Shown piece after piece: positions 25,359 through 37,524 of a stretch of 64,000 bases of DNA. Position 1 is the first letter of the stretch; every line of letters starts with the position of its first letter. The translations under genes were made by a program, and so were the position numbers. The notes below the pieces were generated by a model. That model was not told the DNA's origin and made no database searches. It worked only from the letters and a program-made list of their open reading frames with translations. The stretch comes from Tubulanus polymorphus (taxonomy: Eukaryota > Animalia > Nemertea), in contig NC_134029.1 of NCBI RefSeq assembly GCF_964204645.1, positions 13,356,850 to 13,420,849 on the forward strand. The letters are read 5' to 3'.

Positions 25359-27690
25359 CAGTCAAATCTCGTTATACCGCCTTCCGTAATACCGCCAGCC
25401 CTGGCTCTCGCCGTATTTTCGCCAATGCACAGATCAGATGTATTTAATCTAATGTATTTTTGTCCCGTCATACCGCCCTCCGCTAACCGCCAACCGCTAA
25501 CACTAATCTGCGTACAAATATATTGTTAAGCATTACTTTTTGTCGCGTTATACCGCCAGCGAAAAAATTTAGCGATCAATTCTATATGTAGGCTTATAAT
25601 ACACTGCAGATATAGCGCAACGATCTATTGTCTCCATAACGACCAATACTGCGCGGTAACTTTAGATTGTGTATCTAATTGCTTGTCTCAGCATGGCTGA
25701 AAAACGACCCCGGCTGTCTTTATCTGTGAAAGAAAAGCGTGAAATCTGTGAATTTTCAAAGAAATGGCCGACAAAATCGCAGCAAGCTGTTGCAGATCAC
25801 TTTGCTACATTATGGAAAAAGCCGATCAAACGACGAACTATTGGCGATATTCTAGCACAGGCTGAAAATGGTTAAATTCTGAATTAAACACTGAGGCAGC
25901 ACTGTCTTCTAAGAGATTACGGTCAGCTAAACATGAAAATATGGAGAAAGCCCTTTATTTGTGGTTTAGCTCTACAAGAGCCAAGAACATTCCTGTCACC
26001 CAAGACATTATCAGAGCACAGGCGATTTATTTTGGTGGGGGGTTAGAAATTGGCGAGTTTAGTTACTCCAGTGGATGGCTGAACAGATTTCAGCATCGTT
26101 ACGGAATATCCAGTCACAAAATCAATGGAGAAAGTGCTGGAGTTGATCAGGAAGTTGTGAAATCCGGAATAGAAAAGGCCGAAGAGGTTATCAAGAACTT
26201 TACTCCGAGGGACGTGTTCAATATGGACGAGACTGGTTTATATTATGCCCTCTTGCCTGATCGATCCTTAACTACCTCAGAATTTGTAAAGGGCACAAAA
26301 AAAGTTAAAAACAGAATCTCACTTGCTGTTTGTGCTAATTCAGACGGCACTGAGAAATGCCGCCTCCTTGTGATTGGTAAAAGTAAACGTCCACGCTGTT
26401 TCAAGGGTTTCAACTCCCAGCTATATTGTGATTATGAAGCGAACAAGAAGGCTTGGATGACGAGCATAATTTTCTTCGAGTGGTTGGAAAATTTCAACCA
26501 GAAAATGCATTCTCAAAATCGCCCCGTGCTACTAATCTTAGATAACGCACCGTCACATATTGTACCGGAGAACGAGAACGGCGAGTTGTCACTTGGAAAT
26601 GTAACAGTGCACTTTCTCCCGGCAAACACAACTAGCCACATTCAACCTATGGATGCGGGTGTCATTCAGAACATGAAGACGCACTACCGGAGGCTGCAAA
26701 TACAACCTCTTGTTGATGCCATTGACAATAATCGACCTCCAAAACTTGAGCTCAGTGACGCAATTAGATATGCTAAGTCGGCATGGGATAGAGTTTCAAG
26801 AGAAACGATTGCTAACTGTTTCAAGCATAGCCAAATTCTTCCAGAAATCTGGCCATCTGTCGCGAGGCCACAGACGAGCGCTCCTCGGAGAAATTTGTTT
26901 GAAAGTTTAATGACAGAAGCCGCTGAAACATCGGAAGAATCTTCGTCAACCAATACAACTTCTACGCGACCTAGAATTGGTGACAATCTGTTTGAACGTT
27001 TAGCGGCTGCACTCAGCATTGCTCCCGAAATGCTTATGACGGAGGAAGAATACGTCAACGTCGATAAAGAACTACCGTCTACCGCGATATTAGAGGATGA
27101 TGAGATTTTAGATTTAGTGAGAAGTGACATGAATGATGACAATGGCGATGAAGAAGAAGAGGATATCCCTGAACCGGAGAAACCACCGACATCGTCAGAA
27201 GCTCGTTATGCAATCCGTTCGTTACTTCGTTACGTGGAATCGAACAAGTACGCAACCGAAGAAGACATCCGTGCTATCAATCAAATTGGATCTCGTCTGG
27301 ACACTCTGACAGGCTTATCTATGAAGCAGTCGCAGATAACTGACTTTTTCACAGCGAGTAAATAAACAATACAAGGACCTTACGCAAACATTGCACTCGG
27401 TAATTAAAAATCGGTGATGGATTTTAATAAACAAACACGTGCACGCTGCATTCTTTCAGTGCCGTTTGCCTCCAGCGGATTAATTAGTAATATTGCCTAC
27501 TGTTCGTAATATTTTGTGATTGAAGAGTCAATAAAAACAAGTCATTTGTTGGTCTTTATTGTTATTCTTTATTTATTTTGACATATTGCTCAAAATTTGA
27601 TGGAAAAATGGGAAGTTTTAGTGAACTCTCGCTATACCACCTAACCCGTCATAACGCCAAAATTTCCGTGAGTAATTGGAAGATGTGGGT
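25359..27690 (+). mobile_element. pogo/Tigger DNA transposon, right TIR missing
   Basis: TA then CAGTCAAATCTCGTTATACCGCC; repeated TACCGCC subterminal motifs at both ends; the complementary TIR is not seen before Polinton B starts. Confidence 0.88.
25693..27365 (+). pseudogene. pogo/Tigger (CENP-B-like) DDD transposase with one frameshift near 25870
   Basis: N-terminal HTH (LSVKEKREIC), second HTH (EKALYLWF...GWLNRF), FNMDETG, LILDNAPSH, QPMD (36 residues between the last two Asp). Confidence 0.92.
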
Positions 27691-27752
27691 TTCAGATCAG
27701 AGTACTAGAGTACTAGACACCACTCATCACCACAAGTTTTTTTTCCTTATAA

Positions 27753-30700
27753 ATGGGAGAGAGTGAGTACCAGACAGAAAACAATAATGTTAATAAAAAT
27801 CAATATTATTGCCCATATTGTAAAAAATACATCGATAAATCTAATAAATCTAAACATGAAAAATCTTCAAATCATATAAAAAATGTAATAGATTTTGAAA
27901 CTCCAGAAAATTCCAATGAAAGAAAAGAAAGATTAGAAAATATGAATGTGGATGAAATGAAATGTGAAGTTTGTAATGAATTTATAGTAAAAAGGAATTA
28001 TAATAGACATCTCGAATCACAAAAACACCACCAAAATTTGAGTAATAATGTTTTAGGAAAAAATTATTTTGACGATAAACCTCAAAAAGTAAAAAAACCA
28101 ACTTCAAAAACTAAATCCATTTCAAATAAACCTTACATGGAAAATGTTAGAAATTATATTGATTCACTAGAAATAAAAGATACAATTGAAATTTTAGAAA
28201 CATTACATAGTAAAATTGGTCCTGCAGCTATTATATTTAGATTTTTTAAAGGTACAACAATAGAAGATTATAGTACATTTAATGAAATAATAGAAAAAAT
28301 ACTAGATTTGATAACAGATGTTGAATATCCAACAATTAGTATCTCTGGGATAGTAAGTTTTATTAAGTCAGAAGAAAAAATGAATTATAATATTCAAACA
28401 CACTCTGAAGAAATAATTTCAAAAACACAAATAAAAGAGAAGTTAGAAAAAATATTTAATGAATTTAAACGTCATATTGAAGAAAGATATTTTGAGGGTT
28501 CTGGCTTAACATTGAACGAAATTATATATTTAGATTTAAATGTTTATAATACAAAAAAGAATAAAACATCAAAAAGTAATAAAATGTTTAAAAATGATTC
28601 AAACTTTACAACAGAAAAGGATATTAAAGCATCATCTTATATTAAATTACCATTTACAACAAAAGCAGTAATAAATGTTCAAAATGAAGATAATAAATGT
28701 TTTCTATGGTCAATTATTAGTTGCTTACATCCAACACAGGAAAATGTTTGTAGAATAACAGATTATCGGAAATATGAAACATTATATAAAATTGATCAAT
28801 ATCCAGTAACTATAAAAATGATACCCAAAATAGAAAAAATTAATAATTTAAAAATAAATGTATTCGAATTAATGCAATAACCAAAGACAAAAGGTGAAAA
28901 TATTAAAGATTATACATTGGAAGCTTTATATTTAACAGAATATTATGATGATGAAAATGCTATAGATTTGTTATATTATAAAAAAGATGAAAATGAACAT
29001 TATATGTGGTTAAAACAAATTGATTTATTCTTTAGAACAGAAAGTGATCATCATCGTAAAATTTATCTATGTAGAAAATGTTTATCTAAATTTATGACTG
29101 AGAATACATTATTAAAACATAAAGAATTATGTGATAATAAAGATTTTTGTGAATTAATAATGCCAACAGAAAAAGATTATAAATTGAAATTTACTAATCA
29201 TAATTTTAAGAATATTGTTCCATTTGTAATTTATGGGGATTTTGAATCGTTGAATAAAGAATTAACTGATCAAGATAGAAAAGAAATATATAACAAAAAG
29301 CAATTATTAAAATCGATGGATAAAGGAAATGAATTAAATGAAGACGCAACACAAGACCCACCAATTATAAATACAATTAAAAAAGTTCATCAAAGAGCTG
29401 CTGCTTATGGAATTTACATCAAATCAAATTATCCCGAATTATATGAAAGTCAATATATTTCTTTTAGAGGTGAAAATGTAGTTAATGATTTTTGTGACAA
29501 AATGATTGAATTAGAAAGTGATTTTGCAAAATTATTAAACAAAAATAAAAGAATAGTTATGACAAAAGAAGATGAAATTGATTTTAATTATGCAACTCAT
29601 TGTTGTTATTGTGAAAAACGTTTTTATTCATTTGATAAAAAAGTTAGAGATCATGATCATTTAAATTCAAAATATCGTGGAGCTGCTCATGAAGATTGCA
29701 ATTTACAAGCTAAGAAAGTTAATTTCGTACCAATATTATTTCGTAATTTATCAGGCTATGATACCCATCTATTTATAAAACAATTATCGGGAAAATTGGG
29801 CGCAATTAATCAAGAAATAGAAGAATATAATGCTATGAATGGTGTAAATGTAAGAAAATATGATTTTAAACTATTAGCTAAAACATCTGAAAATTATATT
29901 TCATTTCAATTTGGTTGCATTAGATTTTTAGATTCTTATAGATTTCTAGCAAGTTCATTAGATAATTTATCAAAAAGTTTAGTTGATAATGATTTTGTTA
30001 TAACTCGATATTATTTTCCAAATGAACAAGATTTTAAATTATTGAGATATAAAGGCGCAATTCCTTATTCATTTTATAAAACACACAATGATTTTAATGT
30101 AACAGAATTATTAAAAGATCAATTTTATGATCAATTAAAAGAGGAGAATGTGTAAGACGAAGTGTTTAATAGAACATTAAATATTTGGAACCATTTTAAG
30201 ATGAAAAATCATGGCGAATTAGTTGATTTATATTTAAAATCAGATGTTATGATATTGGCTGACATATTTGAAAAATTTAGAGAAGTTAATTTGAATCATT
30301 TTAATGTTGATCCTTGTTATTGCTACTCTAGTCCTGGTTTAACCTGGCAATGTGGTTTAAAATATACAAATGTAGAATTAGATTTATTAAAAGAACCAGA
30401 CATGGTTTTATTATTTGAAAAATCAATTAGAGGTGGAATTAGTGGTGTTATGGGAGATAGATATTTTAAAGCAAATGATGAATATAAATTATTATATATT
30501 GACGCCAATAATTTATATGGTTGGGCAATGATGCAACCTCAACCATATAAAAATTTTATATTAACAGAATTTGAAAGTGATGATAAAACTAATTGGGAAA
30601 GCGCAATTTTGAGTTTAGAAGATGAAGCACCAATTGGTTATTTCTTTGTAGTTGATTTAGAATATCCTGAAAATATAAAGTTTAAAACAAGAAACTTACC

Positions 30701-32812
30701 TTATTGCCCAGAACATTTAACTGGAGATGATAGTTATTTAAGTGAATACCAGAAGAAAATAAAACCGAAAGATCATGTTTTTACAGAAAAATTACTTACT
30801 CAAAATAATAAATACAATATATTGTCCATTATAGAATGTTAGAATTTTATCTAAAACAAGGAATGAAATTAAAGAAAGTACATAGATATATTGAATTTAA
30901 TCAATCGAAGTGGTTAGAAAAATATATAGATTTCAATACTCAACAGAGAACAATATCAAAAACAGATTTTGAAAAAGATTTCTTCAAATTAATGAATAAT
31001 AGTTTTTATGGTAAAACATGTGAAAATATTAGAAATAGAAATGATATTGAATTAGTAAATAATTCTGAAAGATTAAGACAGTTACAATCAAGTCCTAGAC
31101 ATTAAGGAAATTAAAGATTTGAAGATTATTTAACAGCAGTTAAATTAAAAAGAACATCAATGAAATTTAATAAACCTATATTTATTGGTTCGACTGTTTT
31201 AGAAGTATCAAAATTATTAATGTATGATTTTTATTATAATGTTTTACAACCACTTTTTGGGGAAAAGCATATTGAAATATTATATTTTGATTCTGTAACA
31301 GCTGACACCCCAATATTATTAAAATGTAATGATAAAATATTGATAAGAAGAATTTCAGAAATAATTCCAAAACAAAATGAATGTTATATTTCATATCGAG
31401 AAAAAGAATTAATACAAATAAATGGTTTAATGGATGTTTGGACAAGAAATGGATGGAAAAAATTAAAGAATATTATTAGGCATAAAACAAATAAGAAAAT
31501 CTATAGAGTTAGAACTAAATTAGGATTTGTAGATGTTACAGAAGATCATAGTTTAATTAAACGAAATGGTGATGAAATAAAACCAACTGATATAAAAATT
31601 GGAGATGAATTATTACATAAAAGATTTTTCCAAAGAATGAATCATATGTCATTTGATGAAATAATTGATAATATTTATAATATAGAACCCGAAACATTAG
31701 AAGAAAAAGAATATTTTATCAAAGGATTTTTCATGGGTGATGGTTCAGCAGGTGTGTATAATTATGTAAATCGCACTCAATATTGCTGGTATTTATGCAA
31801 TCAAGACTTAAAATTATTAGAAAGAATAAAGAAATTTCTGTGAAGAAGTTTATCCAAATAAAACATTTAAAATCATGGATGTTATGAAATCAACAGCAGT
31901 TTATAGAATACTTGTAAATAATCCTAAAGATTTTGCTATAAAATATAATGATGAATTCTATATTCATGCAATAGTTAAAAGTAATACTTCAACAAAAGAA
32001 AAGATAGTTCCAGATTATGTATTAAATGCAAAAAATAATTTAAGAAAATGGTTCTTCATTGGATTCTATGCTGCAGATGGTTCAAAAAGTTTCAAAAACC
32101 GCAAAACAATATCTTTAGCTCAAAAAGGAAAAGTTGCTATATCAGGATTGAATATATTATGCAGTTCATTAGGATTTAATATGAATATTGGATTGATTAA
32201 ATCTAAACCAAATTGCTTTAATTTAAGCCATGTAGAAAATGAGTTAACAGAAGAAGTTAAGGATTTATTTGAAATATATAACCCAACTGACTATGTTTAT
32301 GATTTATCAACAGATAATGGAACATTCAATTCTGGGTTCCCATTAATCCAAAAAAATACCGACGCCTACATACTAAAAATCAAGACAAATGACATAACAA
32401 AAGACTAAAAACATTAAAACATCATTTTGATTTTAGCAATTATCCCAAAGATCATGAACTATTTAGCAATGGTAATAAAAAGATTCCTGGTAAATTTAAA
32501 GATGAATTAGGGGGTGATGAAATGATTGAATTTGTTGGGATAAGAAGTAAAATGTATAGTTACAGAACAAAAGATCATGAAGCTAAAAAGTTAAAAGGAA
32601 TAACAAAACATGTGGTTGATAAACATATAGAATTTCAAGATTATATAAAGTGTTTATATAAATCAATTGTAATGAAACACAAAATGAATTGTTTAAGATC
32701 AGAAGATCATGAGAGGTACATTAATGAAGTTGAAAAAACTAGTTTAAATCCATTTGATGATAAAAGGCATATTTTAGATGATGGTATAAAAACATTACCT
32801 TATGGTCATTAA
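27753..32812 (+). pseudogene. pPolB polyprotein (Zn fingers, OTU-like protease, exonuclease with EndoVII-like insert, polymerase) containing an intein
   Basis: DNKCFLWS...HY, YGDFES, RDHDH...RGAAH..CN, NLSGYD, YLKSDV, YIDANNLYG, KLMNNSFYGK, YFD/TD, RSKMY; stops at 28878, 30153, 31103 and frameshifts near 30817, 31838, 32405. Confidence 0.95.
31292..32357 (+). mobile_element. Intein with LAGLIDADG homing endonuclease (~355 aa after correcting a +1 frameshift)
   Basis: Inserted between YFD and TD; block A SVTADTPILL, block B VDVTEDHSL, KGFFMGDGS and IGFYAADGS, block F YVYDLSTDNGTF, end LIQKN/T; absent from copies A and C. Confidence 0.95.
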
Positions 32813-34139
32813 AAAAAAAAAAAAAAATCATAAAATCAATATCATCATACTCGAAATCACTATTGGCTTCTTCATTTTCATTTAATTGTTTAGGTTCTTC
32901 TTCCATTTCATTTTTCTCATTTAAATAAAGTTCTATCTTGTTCCACATTTCATCTCGCTCTCTTTGTTTCTTTTTGTTTGTTAATTCATCAAATGGAATT
33001 ATAATATCTATGTTTAAATAATTTACAATCTTATTTAAAAAGAATTCATAATTTATTGAATCTGTTATTCTATTTTCCAAATAATACATTAATATTTGTT
33101 TGAATATTTTTTTTATATTTTTCATATCTTCTTCTGTTAATTTAGGTTTTTCATAATAATCGTTAAATAATAAATATAAATACATTTTCTTTTGTTTTGT
33201 GTTAAATGTTGACGGAATAATTGTTTTTATAATATCTTTTTTAGTTATTTCACCATTTTTATTTTCTATTATTTTCATTTTTTCAAGCCATTGCATATAT
33301 TCTGGTGTATGATCTTCTATAGAAAATATTTTAAAAATTTCATCTAGATAATTTAATTTTGGATCTATGAGAACATTTCTAGTTTTTTCTTCACCCAATA
33401 AATTCTTTTGCCATCCACATTCATTACAAAATAACACAGTACCTTCTTGTCTTAAGGTCGCATAACTACATTGTGGACATTTTCGTTTATAATTTATTGG
33501 TAATAGATCTTCATTAAGCTCCTGGTATTTTCTTACGTTTTCTTTATGTTTTATTGTTCTATTATGTAGATTTGAATTACTTGTTGTAATAATCAATTTA
33601 CAATATTTACAATAATATGTTTTTCTTGTTAATTCATTATATTGTTTTTCTAACATTTCATCTGTTTCATTATTATCTGGTAACGTTTTCTCATATTTTA
33701 TTTTTTCTAATAATTTTTTTTTTCTTTCATTGAATTCAGTTTCAAATTTATTAGAAATTTTATCTATATGTGCTTTACGAAATTGATGATTCTCCCAATC
33801 TTCTGTATTTTCAGGGCTATATTTCATTCGACAAGGCTCACAGAAATGATCTTTTATATTATCCATATCATAGAATAAGAAAGGTCTTTTCCAAATAACT
33901 TCAGGTTCAACTTCGGCAGAATTACTATTACTTTTATTACTATCAACATTAGCCGTTGCGCCATTAATTCTACACTTCTCTGAATGTTTTTTAACATATT
34001 TTCTTGAGAATGATTTATTACATTTTGGGCAGTTTAGTTTAGGGGGTTTATAATTTTCATCATGTTTTTTCATATGTCGAGCCATATTACTTTTTCTTAG
34101 AAGTTCGCCACAAATTTCACATGCTATCTTCTCATCCAT
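32739..34139 (-). CDS. Multi-zinc-finger protein with C-terminal VLTF3-like (poxvirus A2-like late transcription factor) domain
   Basis: Four C2H2/C2HC fingers, CPQC...CNECG ribbon, then SINYEFFLNKIVNYL and KKQRERDEMWNKI; open frame; the last ~30 codons probably result from a poly-T length change at 32811-32827. Confidence 0.72.
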   Translation of the reverse strand: MDEKIACEICGELLRKSNMARHMKKHDENYKPPKLNCPKCNKSFSRKYVKKHSEKCRINGATANVDSNKSNSNSAEVEPEVIWKRPFLFYDMDNIKDHFCEPCRMKYSPENTEDWENHQFRKAHIDKISNKFETEFNERKKKLLEKIKYEKTLPDNNETDEMLEKQYNELTRKTYYCKYCKLIITTSNSNLHNRTIKHKENVRKYQELNEDLLPINYKRKCPQCSYATLRQEGTVLFCNECGWQKNLLGEEKTRNVLIDPKLNYLDEIFKIFSIEDHTPEYMQWLEKMKIIENKNGEITKKDIIKTIIPSTFNTKQKKMYLYLLFNDYYEKPKLTEEDMKNIKKIFKQILMYYLENRITDSINYEFFLNKIVNYLNIDIIIPFDELTNKKKQRERDEMWNKIELYLNEKNEMEEEPKQLNENEEANSDFEYDDIDFMIFFFFFNDHKVMFLYHHLKYAFYHQMDLN

Positions 34140-34207
34140 TTATTTAGGAAAGATTTTATTAAAATTAATTTTTAGTGATATGCGGTAATTTTTTTATGTT
34201 ATAAATA

Positions 34208-34593
34208 ATGGTAGAATAAAAAGAATACAGAATATTTGTTGATTCTAGAAAACTTACAAATTATAAATCACATAATTTACTAGTTCAATTAGATAGAGAA
34301 TTTAAGAATTGTGTAGATTTAAAATTAGTTAATATAAGTTTATTGACCCAACAAAAACATTTGAAGCAACTAAAGATACAATTTGTAATTCTGGTTTATT
34401 AAATATTTTACCATTAAAAAATGTCAAACAATTTGGAACGCAAATAAGTTATAATTTAGCTGAATGTGATTTCAAACCTTGTATTCCACATTTCAATAAT
34501 TTTAAATTAGAAATAAGAAATCATAATGGTTATTTAATTGATTTGAATAACTTTCCTGTAATTCATGAATTAGTTATAAGATGTAAAGAGTAA
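34208..34593 (+). pseudogene. Penton with early stop and ~376-bp internal deletion
   Basis: 5' and 3' ends match 49184-49945, joined near 34342. Confidence 0.85.
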
Positions 34594-34609
34594 TTTTTTC
34601 ACTATATAA

Positions 34610-34967
34610 ATGAATATAACTGTTGGACCGAGTATATGTTTTGGGTTTGATTTTAAACGTGAGAAAGAAATGAAATTTAACGTTAATGATGTAATTACAC
34701 GTATTAAAAATATTGCATTTTCTAATGAAACAACATTTGAGTATAAAACAACAATAGATAAAGAAACTTTAAATGTAGAAAAGATTACTAATTTAATTAG
34801 AGAATCTTTAAGATTTTATGAATTAGATGAAGATTTTATCATCGATGATATTGAAAAAAATAATAATTGAAATATATACAAATGAAACTAGTAATGAAAT
34901 AAATGTTGAATTAATCATAAATAAGTTAACTAAATATTTTGATGATAGTAATTTTTTTGATAAATAA
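34610..34967 (+). pseudogene. 118-aa family protein, frameshifted in an A-run
   Basis: Matches 4681-5037. Confidence 0.82.
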
Positions 34968-35189
34968 ATGAGTGATAATAAGTGGATAATAACTGGATTA
35001 TATAATGGCGCATTACTATCAGTTGGAACTGTTGGTTATTCAATGGTATTAAAAAAAGTATTCAAAATGGGAAGTGTTAATGTTGATAGATTTGATATAA
35101 ATGATATTTTAAAATTAACATTAGCAGTTACTTTATCTAATTTAACAATTGATTATTTAGAAAAACAAAAATATATTCCTTCCATATAA
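34968..35189 (+). CDS. 73-aa small hydrophobic Polinton protein
   Basis: Three near-identical copies in the window. Confidence 0.85.
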   Translation: MSDNKWIITGLYNGALLSVGTVGYSMVLKKVFKMGSVNVDRFDINDILKLTLAVTLSNLTIDYLEKQKYIPSI

Positions 35190-35213
35190 ATGCGTAATTT
35201 TTTTGCTAAATAA

Positions 35214-35636
35214 ATGGCTTCTGCATTTATAACTATTATAGGATCGGCAATTGTTAACGCTTTAGCATTTACTGGTGGTGGATATTTATTTAAACATATT
35301 GATAAAAATAGTTCATTAGGAGAACAAAGAAGACATAACTTAGCGTTAGAGAAATACAATAAAGCTGCAGAAGAATATAGAGAAAAGAGACAAAACTATA
35401 TGGATTACGTCAATAAAGAATTATATGATCGGAAGATTTCACACAGAGATTTTCAATCAGTTGATGATGCAATGAGTTTATATAACGCGGTAACCAATAA
35501 AGAAAAATTACATCTATACAAACCTAAATTATCAGATTATTATACCCCAAGTAAAGAACAACAGAAATATGAAATAATATGGATTTTAGGGGGAACTGTT
35601 ATTGTTATATTTGTTGCTTATAAGTTTACTAATTAG
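35214..35636 (+). CDS. 140-aa protein with hydrophobic N- and C-termini and central charged helix
   Basis: Intact; matches 48154-48576. Confidence 0.85.
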   Translation: MASAFITIIGSAIVNALAFTGGGYLFKHIDKNSSLGEQRRHNLALEKYNKAAEEYREKRQNYMDYVNKELYDRKISHRDFQSVDDAMSLYNAVTNKEKLHLYKPKLSDYYTPSKEQQKYEIIWILGGTVIVIFVAYKFTN

Positions 35637-35655
35637 TAATTTTTTTGCTAAATAA

Positions 35656-36078
35656 ATGGAAGATAAAGTTGATAATATTGATATTATTCCTCATGATATA
35701 AATAAAACTAAATTAAAAATATATTTAGAAAAACAAATATTAGAATTTGAAAGTGACTTAAAAGTTAAAAAGAAAAAATATCTAAAAAGTAAAATTATAT
35801 ATTATTTGATTATAAGTGGTTCGGTTACAATTAGTTCTGTAATAACATTTCTAGCAATATTCTCACCATTAACACCTTTAGCTATATCAATTGGCGTGTT
35901 AGGATTAAGTTCAAGTGTTTTAACCGGTATAAGTTCAAAATTAAATATAAAAAGTAATAAAGAAAAAATTAAAACTAATATAAAAGAAATTAATAAATTG
36001 AAGAATACACTAGATTATATAATAAGTTTAAATGGTCATATAACAGTTGAAGAACAAGATAAATTATTAAAAGAATAA
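35656..36078 (+). CDS. Predicted membrane protein (144-aa family, last 4 codons lost to a stop)
   Basis: Matches 47701-48135 and 1961-2386. Confidence 0.83.
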   Translation: MEDKVDNIDIIPHDINKTKLKIYLEKQILEFESDLKVKKKKYLKSKIIYYLIISGSVTISSVITFLAIFSPLTPLAISIGVLGLSSSVLTGISSKLNIKSNKEKIKTNIKEINKLKNTLDYIISLNGHITVEEQDKLLKE

Positions 36079-36106
36079 ATAAATTATTAATTTTTTAATT
36101 ATATAA

Positions 36107-37508
36107 ATGGTAGATAGTTTTCCAAAAGCATTCCAATATAATAAATCAATTAAATATAATATTCCAGCAATAGATTTTAATAAAGATATTACATATAGAA
36201 ATGAAGTTTTAGATTCATTAACTAATTTAGAAATTTATGTTACTGAAACTAATAATTTTAATGCAAAGATGGAAAATATATTTCATGTATATTTAATTAA
36301 TTTTAAAATTGAATTAAAATTTAATTGAAAGATGAAAAACAATGGTTATTAAAATCTAATATGAAGTATTGGCAGAACCAATTAAATTTTGCTGTTTATT
36401 GTGCAACAACAGGTTGTGGAATTAGTTGGAATGATCATTTGAATAATTCTAAATATAAATTAATTCAAAGTTTATTTAGATTTCATACATACTTTCAAAT
36501 AAGAATAATATTAAATGAATTAGAGTGCGCTTTACCAGGATCTAGGTATTTCAAAGAATTAGATAATAATATTAATTTATCAAAGTTTTATAAAATTTGT
36601 AATGAATTTAATATAGATATAAATAATTCTGATTTTAGAACAAAAATTGGAACAATAAGATCACTTCCTTGCCCTAAAAAGATTGCAGAATATTGTGCAC
36701 TTCCCATACCATCTAATAGTTTGTATAATATCTATAGTAATAAATTAGGTTATGGTAAAATAGAAACTTAGGATTTAGAAACATTAAATTTCAATAAATT
36801 ACCGACATTTCATGATAATTTAAAACAAGAAAACAATAATGGTTGGGTTTATTTCATTTTAGAAAATAATGAAGGTTTTACAAAATCAGGTATACAAAGA
36901 ATAAATCAATCTATTAGAACTTATTTGATGTGTATTCTAGGTGCACAAGTTGAAACAAGATCACCGATAATTGGAAATTTGAATACATCATTCGATACAC
37001 AAAAACCATTTAAAGTTTTATTTGAAGATTCCATACATAATGATAAAAATAGATCGATTCCAGAAAACATTGTAAGATATCAAAATTATTTAGATAAATC
37101 ACATATTAGATTAAATTATTGTATAGGCCCTAATCTATTAATTATTTCTAATGATTTAGTATTAAAGATGGGAAACATAATTGGTTATAATAATCTAATT
37201 AAAACTGCAACAATAAATAATTCATTTGGATTGAATGATATAAATAAAAAGATAATTACTGCTCCAAAATTAATGGAAGGTGAAAAAAATAAAAAACATA
37301 TTCAATCAACAGAAACTAAAACTAAAAATATTAAATTAAATTATGACTCCAAAATAAAAGATTACAATACATCAGAAGATATAAAACTGGTAAGATTCAA
37401 CATGAAATAATTAAACTAAATGATGATAATAAATCCCATGAAAATACTAAATTAGCTTTAACTTGTATAGGAATTGTAATCGGAGGAATATTATATTTTA
37501 AATTTTAA
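36107..37508 (+). pseudogene. 462-aa family protein, disrupted
   Basis: Fragments 36107, 36325, 36925 are near-identical to 46296-47684. Confidence 0.88.
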
Positions 37509-37524
37509 TTTTTTTATTATATAA

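Noticed and set aside
27701-27716. AGTACTAG x2 as the left terminus or TSD of Polinton B
   Set aside because: No matching inverted or direct copy found at the other end; left unassigned.
31836-31845. Programmed frameshift inside the intein
   Set aside because: A single extra T explains it and the same gene has several other stops and indels, so decay is simpler.
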